From Candidatus Bathyarchaeia archaeon (GTDB lineage Archaea > Thermoproteota > Bathyarchaeia > Bathyarchaeales > Bathycorpusculaceae): a stretch of 64,000 bases of DNA. Below are positions 28,490-38,081 of this stretch, in pieces (the first letter of the stretch is position 1; each line of letters opens with the position of its first letter). The position numbers and the translations under genes were made by a program. The notes under the pieces are model-generated. The model was not told the origin of the DNA and made no database searches. It saw nothing but the letters and a program-made list of their open reading frames with translations. The stretch is taken from NCBI GenBank assembly GCA_038883775.1, contig JAVZLM010000002.1, positions 1 through 64,000 of the forward strand. Reading direction: 5' to 3'.

Positions 28490-29884
28490 TTAACAAGCAA
28501 AATCGTTAATTAAAGTCGCAATAAACTTCGTCCCAAGGATGAAGCTTTCAATTTTCAAGTTTTCATCTGGAGCATGCTGATTCGCCTCTGGATGACTGCA
28601 CCCAGCCGACACAACGGGATAGCCCAAAAAGTTTCTGAACAAATGCATAGGTCCAGAAGCTGCACTGGTTGGATAAATCACCGCCCTTTTGCCATACACT
28701 TTCTCAGCGGTTTTTGCAACCAAACCCACAAACGGGTCATTAATCGGCGTTCTCGTGGGATCGGTGGAACCATGTTGAATAACTTCCAAATCATCAAAAC
28801 CATGATTTTTCAAGTGCTTAACAAGTTTGGCGAAGATTTCTTTAGATGTTTGGTTTGGAACCAATCGAAAATCAAGCTTTACATGGGCTTCGTGAGGCAA
28901 AACAGTTTTTGAGCCCTTACCAGTATATCCAGATACTAAACCGTTTATTGTGCATGTGGGCTGAAAAAGCAAATCCTTTAAGGCTTCAAGTCCACGCTTC
29001 TTTCCTAAAAACTCTTTTATTCCAAGCTCCTTCTTCGTTTCTTCTTCCTCAAAGGGAATATCCCTCAAACACGCGATTTCTTCTGCAGAAGGCGGCAGCA
29101 CATTCTCATAAAAACCCTCAATCAAAACCTTTTCTTTGCTATCTTTCAAAAGGTTTAATGCCCAAACAAGACGCCAAGCAGGATTCGGTATCAAAGGCGC
29201 ATTTGCAGAGTGAATATCCTTAGAGGCGCCATAAGCCTTTATCTCCACGGACAAAACTCCCTTCAAACCCAAATACAAATGTGGTCTGCCCCGCCTATCC
29301 GTACCCCCAAACTCCCAAATGGCGGCATCCGCGGAAAGTAAACGCTTATTCTCCCTTATTATGGGCTCAAGATTTGGGCTTCCAATTTCTTCCTCGCCTT
29401 CCACAAAAAATTTTATGTTAACTGGCAAATCACCAAAAACATCTAACAAAGCTTGAACAGCCTTTAGCCTCGAAACAAAATTTCCCTTGTTATCCGAAAC
29501 TCCCCTACCAAAAATTTTTCCATCAGCTATTTTGCCGCTAAAAGGCGCATAAGTCCATTTTTCAATGGGCTCTGGCGGCTGCACATCATAATGGTCATAT
29601 AGGAGGAGAGTTTTTTTAGCCTTTTTTGATTTCAACTCTCCATAGACAACGGGGTTTCCTTTATCAGGACGGAGAATTTTTGTTGAAAAACCAGTTTCCC
29701 GCAGCATCTCTTCCACAAGCCTTGCGCACTCTTCTATTCCTTCGCCTTTGGCGGAAACGCTTGGCTGCCTAACTAGTTTAACAAGAGCTTCAACAAAATT
29801 GTCAGCGTTGGCGTCAATGTTTTTGTAAACTTTTTCTAAACTCATTTTAATTCGCCTACCCAGTTTTTGGAGCAAGCCAATCAA
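28490..29884 (-). CDS. M20 family metallopeptidase/dipeptidase (start likely MSLEKV)
   Basis: HYDVQP, GRGVSDNKG, EGEEEIGS, HAPDEN. Confidence 0.93.
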   Translation of the reverse strand: MIGLLQKLGRRIKMSLEKVYKNIDANADNFVEALVKLVRQPSVSAKGEGIEECARLVEEMLRETGFSTKILRPDKGNPVVYGELKSKKAKKTLLLYDHYDVQPPEPIEKWTYAPFSGKIADGKIFGRGVSDNKGNFVSRLKAVQALLDVFGDLPVNIKFFVEGEEEIGSPNLEPIIRENKRLLSADAAIWEFGGTDRRGRPHLYLGLKGVLSVEIKAYGASKDIHSANAPLIPNPAWRLVWALNLLKDSKEKVLIEGFYENVLPPSAEEIACLRDIPFEEEETKKELGIKEFLGKKRGLEALKDLLFQPTCTINGLVSGYTGKGSKTVLPHEAHVKLDFRLVPNQTSKEIFAKLVKHLKNHGFDDLEVIQHGSTDPTRTPINDPFVGLVAKTAEKVYGKRAVIYPTSAASGPMHLFRNFLGYPVVSAGCSHPEANQHAPDENLKIESFILGTKFIATLINDFAC

Positions 29885-30257
29885 TTAACTCTCTTGAATT
29901 ATCACATTCTATTTTAACCTTTATCGGTCCAAGGGGGGATTCTGCCGTCTCTTCGGAAAAAGAAACATGCCCAGCATAAGCCACCTGCTTGTTTAAATAG
30001 AAGCTTATGGTTTTCCCGCTTAATCCCTTGAAAAGGACTCCTCGGGCAGCATCGCGGATTCGTTCTCTTCGCAGCAGATTGTAGAGTTTTGTGAGGGCTT
30101 CCAAGCCCTTTGCTTCCGCGATTAGCAAGCTTCTCTTATAGAGTGGTTGGGTTTTTGTTTGGATATTGCCAAAAATGTTTTCTATAGCCCTCTTCACTTT
30201 TTCTTCCGATTCAGTTGGATTAATTTCAGCTTCAACATAAACGCTTACTTCATCCAT
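29856..30257 (-). CDS. RNA-binding DUF54/UPF0201 protein
   Basis: PTES.EKV, IRDAAR, LNKQVA, SPLGPI. Confidence 0.88.
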   Translation of the reverse strand: MDEVSVYVEAEINPTESEEKVKRAIENIFGNIQTKTQPLYKRSLLIAEAKGLEALTKLYNLLRRERIRDAARGVLFKGLSGKTISFYLNKQVAYAGHVSFSEETAESPLGPIKVKIECDNSRELIDWLAPKTG

Positions 30258-30811
30258 TTCTTTTCAACCTTTCTCAAAACATCCTTAGCCTTTTCCTTAA
30301 CAACATCCAAATTCTCCTCATTCACTATTAAATATTCAGCCATAGCTATGGCTTCGCCCAACCCCACACTCAATTCCCGCATATCACGTTCATAAAAAAT
30401 TTCCCATTTTTTTGGGTCGTCGCTTCTTTGGCGATGGTAAAGCCTCTTAAACCTTGTTTCCGGGGATGAGTGTATGGCGATTAATGTGAAGCTTGGAAAA
30501 TGTTTTTTGAATTCTTCAACTTCGCTTAGACTTCTTATGCCGTCAACAATAACCTTGCTTTCTTTTACTTGCTCTATTTTTGGAATACACCTTTTCGCTA
30601 TAACACTGCTTCCTTCATTACGCCTTAACTCAAGCATTATTCTTCCAAGATTTTCGGGATTAGGCTCCAAACCCCTTTTGGCTGCTTCTTCCCTAACCAC
30701 ATCTCCCATAACAACAACACTATACATCATTTCCTTAGCGACAGAAACAACTAAAGACTTGCCAGCCCCAGGCATTCCAGCCAAACCAACAACAAGTTTT
30801 TTGAAACTCAT
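30245..30811 (-). CDS. UPF0200 P-loop kinase (dephospho-CoA kinase-like)
   Basis: GMPGAGKS, MGDVVR, DGIRS, RDxREL. Confidence 0.88.
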   Translation of the reverse strand: MSFKKLVVGLAGMPGAGKSLVVSVAKEMMYSVVVMGDVVREEAAKRGLEPNPENLGRIMLELRRNEGSSVIAKRCIPKIEQVKESKVIVDGIRSLSEVEEFKKHFPSFTLIAIHSSPETRFKRLYHRQRSDDPKKWEIFYERDMRELSVGLGEAIAMAEYLIVNEENLDVVKEKAKDVLRKVEKKWMK

Positions 30812-30900
30812 TTTGTCCCTTCCTGTTGTTTTGCGAGTTTATTAACAGATAGCTTTTTACTCATAAATGCTTTAATGTAAAACAAAACGGCGAAGGAATC

Positions 30901-31473
30901 TTGATGCCGGAAATGATTAGAAGCTTTATAGCTTTTGACATTGAAAGCGAATCGATAATAAAAAGAATAACAGAAGCCCAAAGCATGATAGTCAAAACTG
31001 GAGCCGACTTGAAACTTGTCGAACCCAAAAATATTCACATAACCGTTCGCTTTCTTGGAAACATCACAATGCCAATGGCAGAAAAAATTCATGAGGAAAT
31101 GAAGAAAGTTCAGTTTGCTCCTTTTGACGTTAAGATTCAAGGGGTTGGCGCCTTTCCAAATCTTCGCTATCCAAGAGTAATATGGGCTGGGATAACCCAA
31201 GGCGCCGACCAATTGCGAAGTATTTTCAATCAGTTGGAGCCTCGTTTACGCAGTTTAGGGTTTGCGCCAGACCCAAAAGGCTTTAGCCCCCACTTAACAA
31301 TTGCTCGCATTAAGTCTGGAAGAAATAAGGCTGAACTTGCAAAATGCCTCATTAGTAATGCGAATTATGAATTTGGTGTGGTGCGTGCTGAATGCTTGAG
31401 GCTTAAAAGAAGCGATTTAACACCAAGAGGCCCTATATACTCCACTCTTAAAGAGTTTTGTCCACAAAAATAA
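30901..31473 (+). CDS. thpR: RNA 2',3'-cyclic phosphodiesterase (2H family)
   Basis: Two HxT motifs (HITVRFLG, PHLTIAR); GPIY. Confidence 0.95.
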   Translation: MMPEMIRSFIAFDIESESIIKRITEAQSMIVKTGADLKLVEPKNIHITVRFLGNITMPMAEKIHEEMKKVQFAPFDVKIQGVGAFPNLRYPRVIWAGITQGADQLRSIFNQLEPRLRSLGFAPDPKGFSPHLTIARIKSGRNKAELAKCLISNANYEFGVVRAECLRLKRSDLTPRGPIYSTLKEFCPQK

Positions 31474-31491
31474 GGAGAAAAGGGCAAGAAT

Positions 31492-32922
31492 ATGCAAAAC
31501 AAAATCAATAAAGTGTGCACAACAGTTCTAGAGAAAGTTACGCCGAAAAAAGCTCAGCGCATAAAGGTTGAGGCTTTGGCTAAGAAATTGGAAGGAAGAG
31601 TTGCAGAAACAGCAAAGGCTTTCGGTGTTGAAGCTGAAGTTCGCCTTGAAGGCTCTGTTGCTAAAGACACATGGTTAAGCGAAGACCCGGAAATTGACAT
31701 TTTCATGCGTGTTTCAACAACCATACCACGCAAATCTTTGGGGGATATATGCCTAAAAATAGCAAGAAAAGCCACAGAGGGCTCAAGGCAGATTGAAAGG
31801 TTTGCTGAACACCCTTATTTGGAGGCTTTTGTCGAAGGAGTTAGAGTGAATATTGTTCCATGCTATGATGTAAAGCGTGGCGAATGGCTAAGCGCCACAG
31901 ACCGCACGCCATATCACACAGACTATGTGAAAAAACATTTGAGCGGACAGATGCGTGAGGAAGTGCGCTTACTGAAGAAGTTTATGAAGGGTATAGGCGT
32001 TTATGGTGCGGAAATAAAAATTGGCGGGTTCAGCGGCTATCTATGCGAACTCCTAATTTTGTATTTTAAATCTTTTCTGAAAACCCTAGAGGCTTTTGCA
32101 AGGCATAAGAAGAGAATAACCATTGATATTGAAAATCAATACAAGGGAAGAGAGAAGGAACTACAACTCCTCTTCCCAGAGCCACTATTAATTGTCGACC
32201 CAGTGGATAAGGGAAGAAATGTAGCCTCCGCAGTGCAACCCCAAAAACTTTACACTTTCATAGCTGCTGCCAGAACCTTCCTAAAAAACCCGAATTTAAA
32301 CTTCTTTTATCCGCCAGAAACAAAAGCCCTAACCCAAAAAGAGCTTAAAAATAAGTTGGCAAAACATGGCTCAACACTTATTTTCTTGAGTTTTCCAAAA
32401 ATTGAAGCGGTTCCAGATGTTTTATGGGGGCAGCTTTACAAATCTCAACGTTCACTGCATAAACTTCTCAAACTTAACGATTTCATAATATTGAGAGACT
32501 TGCCATGGAGTGACGAGAAAAGCATTAACATGTTCCTCTTTGAAATTGAAAAACGCTTCCTTCCGCCGGTTAAGAAGCATTTGGGACCGCCATTGGATAA
32601 GGAAAGCGAATGCGAAAAATTCTTGAAAAAACATCTAAACAATCCCCGTACTATTTCTGGACCATATATTGAAGATGGACGGTGGGTTGCAAACATTAAA
32701 CGAAAATATACAGATGCTGTGGCTTTGCTTAATGAAAAATTGAAGGATGGTGGTAGAAACGCTGGAATTGCCGAACAAATTGCGCAAACTCTTCTCAAAG
32801 GATTCAAAATTTTTGTGGATGACGAAATAGTTGAGGTTTATGAGAAGAACAGGGATTTTGCGGTTTTTCTAACAGAATTTCTTTCTGGAAAGCCTAAATG
32901 GCTAGAAAACACTAAAACCTAG
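31492..32922 (+). CDS. cca: Archaeal class I CCA-adding enzyme
   Basis: GSVAKDTWL..EIDIF, AEHPY, DRTPYH, GVYGAE..GFSGY. Confidence 0.96.
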   Translation: MQNKINKVCTTVLEKVTPKKAQRIKVEALAKKLEGRVAETAKAFGVEAEVRLEGSVAKDTWLSEDPEIDIFMRVSTTIPRKSLGDICLKIARKATEGSRQIERFAEHPYLEAFVEGVRVNIVPCYDVKRGEWLSATDRTPYHTDYVKKHLSGQMREEVRLLKKFMKGIGVYGAEIKIGGFSGYLCELLILYFKSFLKTLEAFARHKKRITIDIENQYKGREKELQLLFPEPLLIVDPVDKGRNVASAVQPQKLYTFIAAARTFLKNPNLNFFYPPETKALTQKELKNKLAKHGSTLIFLSFPKIEAVPDVLWGQLYKSQRSLHKLLKLNDFIILRDLPWSDEKSINMFLFEIEKRFLPPVKKHLGPPLDKESECEKFLKKHLNNPRTISGPYIEDGRWVANIKRKYTDAVALLNEKLKDGGRNAGIAEQIAQTLLKGFKIFVDDEIVEVYEKNRDFAVFLTEFLSGKPKWLENTKT

Positions 32923-33696
32923 CGCAAGAGACAATAAGGCGACAAACCAACAATAGAAAGCAAAAAAGTAAAGCCTTTGCTTAGCAAGGATTTTCCACAA
33001 TAGTTTCAAAGCTAAATAGCCAACAACCATCGCCACAACTGAGCCTATTAAAACTTCTGTCCAGCCATATCCAACGGAGGTTAATGCTTTCGCTTGGGTA
33101 TAGGCTTTTAGACTAAAGGCTCCAAGAATTGCTGGAACTGAAAGTAGGAAAGAGAATTGGAAAGCTTTTTCACGTCTTATTCCCAACAAAAGCGCAACAG
33201 CGATGGTTGTTCCGCTTCGTGAAATGCCCGGTGCTATGGCTATGCCTTGGGCTATGCCTATCATTAAGGCGTTTAGATAGCTTATGCTTTCAGTTCTCTC
33301 TTTTCCAGCTTTTGTTGAGTAGAGGATTATTCCACATAAAATAAAAGCAGCAGCTATTGGTAGGGGGACTTGAAAAATCTTTTCGATGGCGTTGCCAAAT
33401 ATCAAGCCTATTAGGGCTGTTGGTATTGTTCCCACAATTATTAATGGTATTAACCTTCCATTTTCTGTTTTTAAATCAAAACGAAAAAGCGCTGAAATTA
33501 CTTCTTTAATTTCTTTTTTGAAGTAGATTAAAATGACTATTAACGTTCCAATATGTAATGCGATATCAAATAAGATTGGCACTTCTAAGCCTAAAAAATA
33601 TTCAAGAAGTCTTAGGTGCCCAGTACTCGAAATAGGAAGCCACTCTGTTAAACCTTGAATTACGCCGAGGATTATGGTTTCTATTAACTGCTCCAA
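32902..33696 (-). CDS. uppP: Undecaprenyl-diphosphate phosphatase (BacA/UppP family)
   Basis: QGLTEWLPISSTGHL, PGISRSG, FSFLLS.PA. Confidence 0.93.
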   Translation of the reverse strand: MEQLIETIILGVIQGLTEWLPISSTGHLRLLEYFLGLEVPILFDIALHIGTLIVILIYFKKEIKEVISALFRFDLKTENGRLIPLIIVGTIPTALIGLIFGNAIEKIFQVPLPIAAAFILCGIILYSTKAGKERTESISYLNALMIGIAQGIAIAPGISRSGTTIAVALLLGIRREKAFQFSFLLSVPAILGAFSLKAYTQAKALTSVGYGWTEVLIGSVVAMVVGYLALKLLWKILAKQRLYFFAFYCWFVALLSLALGFSVF

Positions 33697-33787
33697 AGCG
33701 GGTTCGCCACTTTTCCACTTTTATTTTCTGGTTAAGTTTAAAAGACTAATTCATATAGCATTATCCTCTAAGGTTGGTGTCTAATCC

Positions 33788-34330
33788 ATGAGCGAGTATC
33801 CGCCTGGAAGTGTTGAAGATCGTGAGATGCTGGCTAAAATGCCGATTGAAAAGTTGATTGACTACTTTTTCCTTCAAATCCGAAACCTATGGAGAGTTGA
33901 CGGCTTATATTTCTTGGGTATAGAAAAGAAGTTTGGAACCGAGGCGGCAACGGAAATTGATGCTGGAGTTTGGGAGGCCATGGCAGCCATAGAAGCCAAA
34001 AGCCTACAAAAAATGTTTCAGGTTGGCGAAAACCCAGACATACCGACGATAATGGAGCTTTTGCGAAAGTCAAGTTGGGCTTTAGACCAACCTTTCAAGA
34101 CAGTTGAAATAAGCAGTAAAAAGGCTGTTTTGAGCATTAACCGTTGTAGAACGCAGGAAACCCGTTTAAGTAAGGGATTAAATGAATTTCCATGCAAAAA
34201 AGTGCGGTTTGGCTATCTGAAAAATTTTGCAAAAACATTAAACCTAAAAGTGGAAGTAAACTGCCTAGTTTGTCCGCCAGACAAACATCCAAAAGATTTA
34301 TGGTGCAAATGGGAATTTACACTACCTTAA
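33788..34330 (+). CDS. DUF6125-like / V4R-related Cys-containing protein
   Basis: DGLYF..IE..FG.E.A, CRTQ, PC, CPPD.HP..WC.WEF. Confidence 0.75.
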   Translation: MSEYPPGSVEDREMLAKMPIEKLIDYFFLQIRNLWRVDGLYFLGIEKKFGTEAATEIDAGVWEAMAAIEAKSLQKMFQVGENPDIPTIMELLRKSSWALDQPFKTVEISSKKAVLSINRCRTQETRLSKGLNEFPCKKVRFGYLKNFAKTLNLKVEVNCLVCPPDKHPKDLWCKWEFTLP

Positions 34331-34369
34331 AGTATGTATCACTGCTCGCTTGTTTTGCTGCTTTCTCTT

Positions 34370-34933
34370 TTACATGTGACGCGTTTTTGAATATGCTTCC
34401 CTTACACTAATTGGTTTCTGCTCTTCCGAAAAGGCTACTAAGGACAACAATAAAAGTACAAATCCGAACATTAAAAATCCAAAAGCTGTATTAAGTGATT
34501 GCTGTATTACCGCTAATATTAAAAATACTCCAATAAAGATCATGGATGCTATGAATAGAAAAATTGCTTTCGCTCTGGACGCTTGTGTTCGATTTTTGTG
34601 ACATCGGACACATAAATATAATTTTTCATTTTTAGTTTCGAAAATGTATAGGCAATTGTCGCAGTAACTTTTGTTGCAATCATTGCAAAGTCCTATGGCT
34701 AAAGTGTCTGGATGATTTGGACATCTTTGAATTAATCCTCCCAAACGTGGCGGAACAAGCATAGTGGCACCGCAATAATGACATTTTACCTGAACAACTC
34801 CTGCAGGAATTAACTCTTTATAGGGTGCTCCACAAAATGGGCATAAAAAAGCCTCCGTCTTCTCAGTTTTTGCTTGATTATTGTTTTGCATAAAACTAAA
34901 CTTCGCCCTCTTCTGGAATTGTGTTATCCACAA
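34370..34933 (-). CDS. Zn-ribbon + B-box-like protein with two C-terminal TM helices (start likely about 34891)
   Basis: CPFC...CHYC; CPNHP...CxxC...CxxC...CxxC; hydrophobic tail. Confidence 0.75.
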   Translation of the reverse strand: MWITQFQKRAKFSFMQNNNQAKTEKTEAFLCPFCGAPYKELIPAGVVQVKCHYCGATMLVPPRLGGLIQRCPNHPDTLAIGLCNDCNKSYCDNCLYIFETKNEKLYLCVRCHKNRTQASRAKAIFLFIASMIFIGVFLILAVIQQSLNTAFGFLMFGFVLLLLSLVAFSEEQKPISVREAYSKTRHM

Positions 34934-35279
34934 CTTTAATCCATCTTGTGGCTAGGATTTGGTTGAAGTCTTCGCTTTTTGGGTCAAGGTCGCTGGCAAC
35001 CAAGTGCCAGTGGTCGTTTATAGTGGCGAAGGTTGAATCCATAATCACAAATTTTGGAGTGTAACTGAAAACTTTTCGCCCTATTTTTGAAAGGATGTCC
35101 AAAGCCCTTTCAACAGCCTTATAGGGTATCGTGTGCTCATGCTTCCTATAAACTATCATAATCCTTTCTCTATGACCTTTCAAGGTTTTTGTTCTCAAAA
35201 CAATGAAGGACTGGTCTGCATAGAATATTTTCTCCTTGTCTAAGTCTAATTCGCATAGTGGACAGTTTAAGGCTTTCAC
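34896..35279 (-). CDS. HIT-like hypothetical protein
   Basis: N-terminal CPLC; HWHL resembling a degenerate HxHxH. Confidence 0.6.
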   Translation of the reverse strand: MKALNCPLCELDLDKEKIFYADQSFIVLRTKTLKGHRERIMIVYRKHEHTIPYKAVERALDILSKIGRKVFSYTPKFVIMDSTFATINDHWHLVASDLDPKSEDFNQILATRWIKVVDNTIPEEGEV

Positions 35280-35347
35280 GAAACTTTGCCCTCACAGTTT
35301 ATTTGTAACTTTCAAGATATAAACAAAACTCTTAATGTAAACATTGA

Positions 35348-35650
35348 GTGAAAGAGGAGCGAATAAAGTTGAAGATATTGCTTGATGAAATGTATGCTGG
35401 TTTGAAAGAGTATTTTGAAACTTTTGGCTGGAAAGTAGTTACGGTTCAAGAGGTGGGGCTTCAGGGAGCAAGGGATAGGGATGTGGTGGAATACGCTAAG
35501 AAAAACAATCTATTATTAGTCACGCAAGACCAGAAACCAGCAGACCTCGCAGAACTTATGGGAGTCAAATACGTGTTAATTTCTAATGCCATGATTGCGA
35601 AAATAGCAAATGAAAGGATAAAAGAAAAATATCCGGACATAAAACCTTAA
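35348..35650 (+). CDS. DUF5615/Mut7-C PIN-like protein
   Basis: LLDEM, G..D..V..YA, LVTQD. Confidence 0.8.
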   Translation: MKEERIKLKILLDEMYAGLKEYFETFGWKVVTVQEVGLQGARDRDVVEYAKKNNLLLVTQDQKPADLAELMGVKYVLISNAMIAKIANERIKEKYPDIKP

Positions 35651-35664
35651 GGCAGTGACCATAC

Positions 35665-35925
35665 ATGTCCACAATAGAAGTTAAAGTTGTAAGCCAAAAG
35701 GGAAAATGTGCTTTCGGACATAAGGTAGGCGACAAAATAGTTTTTGATGGGAAATCCGTGAAAGGCGACATCTGCTATAGTGCGCTCATGGTTTTATTGC
35801 CAAAAGTCTATGCCATGCGTTACGGCGTCGAATTTCCATGGAGCAAAGACAAGGATGTTATATTCAATGCTTGTCCAGATGCAGAAAACCCCGTGGTTTT
35901 TGAAATTCGAAGAATAAGAAAATAG
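35665..35925 (+). CDS. TIGR04076-family small Cys protein
   Basis: GKC..GHKVGD, IC..A, CPD..NPVVFEI. Confidence 0.85.
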   Translation: MSTIEVKVVSQKGKCAFGHKVGDKIVFDGKSVKGDICYSALMVLLPKVYAMRYGVEFPWSKDKDVIFNACPDAENPVVFEIRRIRK

Positions 35926-35932
35926 CCAATCT

Positions 35933-37006
35933 CTAAACGAGTGTCCTTTGTTTTTCCGCCGATGTGAAATTTGAAACCCTAACACCTATCAACCTCATTT
36001 TTCTGTCTTGCCTCAAATAGGTTTGTAACAATTCCTTTGATGTTTTCTTCAGTTCATCTAACTGATTTGTTATTAGGGGCAAGGTTTTGCTATGAGTGTG
36101 AGTTTCAAAATTTTCATAACGCACTTTTATTGTGACAGTTTTGAAGTAAAGATTCTGCCTCAAAACGTCTTTGTGCACTTCTTCTGAAAGCCCATCCAAA
36201 GCCTTTAGGACAAAATCGAAGTCTGATGTGTCTTCTTCAAAGGTTGTTTCGCGGCTTATTGATTTTATTTCGCCTCTTTCTTCGACCTTACTTCTGTCAA
36301 TGCCATGCGCCATCAAATACATTTGGGTTCCCATGCTGCCGAAAATTTCCGCTAATGCTGTAGGGTTATAGTGCGCTAATTCGCCTATGGTTTTTATTCC
36401 TATAGTCTTCAGTTTTTGTTCAGTTTTTCTTCCAACCCAAAGAAGTTTACGCACTGGTAATGGAGCAAGAAAATTTTCGGCTTCCTCTTCCCTAACAATG
36501 GTTAAGCCGTCTGGTTTTTTATAGTCGCTGGCGATTTTAGCAAGGAGCTTATTTGGACCGACCCCTATGGAACAGGTGAGCCCTTCGCTTTCAAAGATTT
36601 TTTTCTTAATTTCCCTTGCCAGAGCTTCTGCTTCTGTGTAGTCTTTCACTTTTGATGTTACATCTAAGAAGGCTTCGTCTATGCCCCACTGTTCAAACTT
36701 ATCCGCATATTTCCTCAGCAAACCCATTATTCTTTCTGAAACTTTCGTGTAAAGCTCATAGTTGACTGGAAGATAAACGGCTTGTGGACAGAGTTTCCAA
36801 GCCCTTGATATTGGCATTCCAGAGCGTACGCCATATTTTCTTGCCTCATAATTGCATGTGCTTACAACTCCTCTGCCCTTTCCAGCTTTTGGGTCAGCGC
36901 CAACAATTACTGGTTTTCCCTTGTATTCTGGATGTTCCCTTTCTTCGATTGCTGTGAAGAAGTGGTCCATGTCCACGTGGAATATTATTCGCCTTTTTTC
37001 GCTCAT
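35933..37006 (-). CDS. dinB: DNA polymerase IV (Y family)
   Basis: HVDMDHFF, YEARKYGVRSGM, IDEAFLD, KIASD..KPDG. Confidence 0.97.
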   Translation of the reverse strand: MSEKRRIIFHVDMDHFFTAIEEREHPEYKGKPVIVGADPKAGKGRGVVSTCNYEARKYGVRSGMPISRAWKLCPQAVYLPVNYELYTKVSERIMGLLRKYADKFEQWGIDEAFLDVTSKVKDYTEAEALAREIKKKIFESEGLTCSIGVGPNKLLAKIASDYKKPDGLTIVREEEAENFLAPLPVRKLLWVGRKTEQKLKTIGIKTIGELAHYNPTALAEIFGSMGTQMYLMAHGIDRSKVEERGEIKSISRETTFEEDTSDFDFVLKALDGLSEEVHKDVLRQNLYFKTVTIKVRYENFETHTHSKTLPLITNQLDELKKTSKELLQTYLRQDRKMRLIGVRVSNFTSAEKQRTLV

Positions 37007-37124
37007 AATTTCTTTTCCAAAAAAGTTATTCTAATTGGGTAATTTGAACCTATCGCAAAAATGAATGTGTACGAAATTAGGACTATGTTTAGCTACACTA
37101 ACGATTTTCCATTCATAACCCTTA

Positions 37125-37397
37125 ATGCCACCCAAACCAAAAAATAAAGAAAAGTTGGAGGAACCTGTCATGAAGGAAATATCCCATGAGGCTGCCCGTC
37201 AAATAGCCGTCGAATTCCTCAAACAAAGAAAAAAGACAGAGAAAATAGAAATTTCCACTGTGGAGCAGAAGGGCGACGGTTGGATTGTGAGGGGCACTTG
37301 CCCAATAGATTTGGAAGGTCATCCATGGGCTGAAAAATTCGAGGTTGTCGTTGACCAAAAGGGAAGAATTAAATCAACAGACTTTGCGCTTTTATAA
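37125..37397 (+). CDS. Hypothetical PepSY-like small protein
   Basis: A..IA..FL...W.V.G...V.VD..G.I pattern. Confidence 0.6.
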   Translation: MPPKPKNKEKLEEPVMKEISHEAARQIAVEFLKQRKKTEKIEISTVEQKGDGWIVRGTCPIDLEGHPWAEKFEVVVDQKGRIKSTDFALL

Positions 37398-37406
37398 GAT
37401 GTTTTT

Positions 37407-38081
37407 TCAGCTTTGAAGTTTTATTTTTCCGTCCTGGATCGTGTAAATTGAATCAGCAACATCAACTATTTTTTCGTCATGCGTCGCCACTATAACTGTT
37501 TTCTTTTCATCTCTATTTATGTCAAAAAGTAAAGTAATAATTTCTTTAGCGGTTTTTGAATCCAACTCGCCCGTGGGCTCATCTGCAATGATTACTTCTG
37601 GATTGTTGGCTAATGCTCTCGCAATGGCTACACGTTGCATCTCACCCATGCTCAACTCTTTGGGTCGATGATAAAGCCGATTACCTAAACCAACAATCTC
37701 TAAAAGCCTTTGAGCCCTTTCTCTTTGTTCTTTTTGGGGCTTACCAGCCAAAGCCATAGGCAACTCCACATTTTCTAAGGCGTTAAGCGTGGGCAACAAA
37801 TTGAAAGTCTGGAAAATAAAACCTAAACGAGAAAGGCGAATCTTTCTTCGTTCGCTGCGTGACAACGCTAAAACATCTTTGTCGTCAAAGAAAATTTTTC
37901 CAGAAGTTGGATAATCATTTAACCCTATAAGGTTTAAAAGCGTTGTTTTTCCAGAACCCGAGGGTCCGAGGATGGCTATGAAGCTTGCTTCGTTGATTTC
38001 CATGTTAACGTTGTTGACCGCTGTTATTGTTGATGAACCTAAAATGTATGTTTTTGTCAAGTTAACGGTTTTGATTTTCAT
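37407..38081 (-). CDS. ABC ATPase, LolD/MacB type
   Basis: GPSGSGKT, LSMGEMQRVAIARAL, ADEPTGELD, THD. Confidence 0.95.
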   Translation of the reverse strand: MKIKTVNLTKTYILGSSTITAVNNVNMEINEASFIAILGPSGSGKTTLLNLIGLNDYPTSGKIFFDDKDVLALSRSERRKIRLSRLGFIFQTFNLLPTLNALENVELPMALAGKPQKEQRERAQRLLEIVGLGNRLYHRPKELSMGEMQRVAIARALANNPEVIIADEPTGELDSKTAKEIITLLFDINRDEKKTVIVATHDEKIVDVADSIYTIQDGKIKLQS

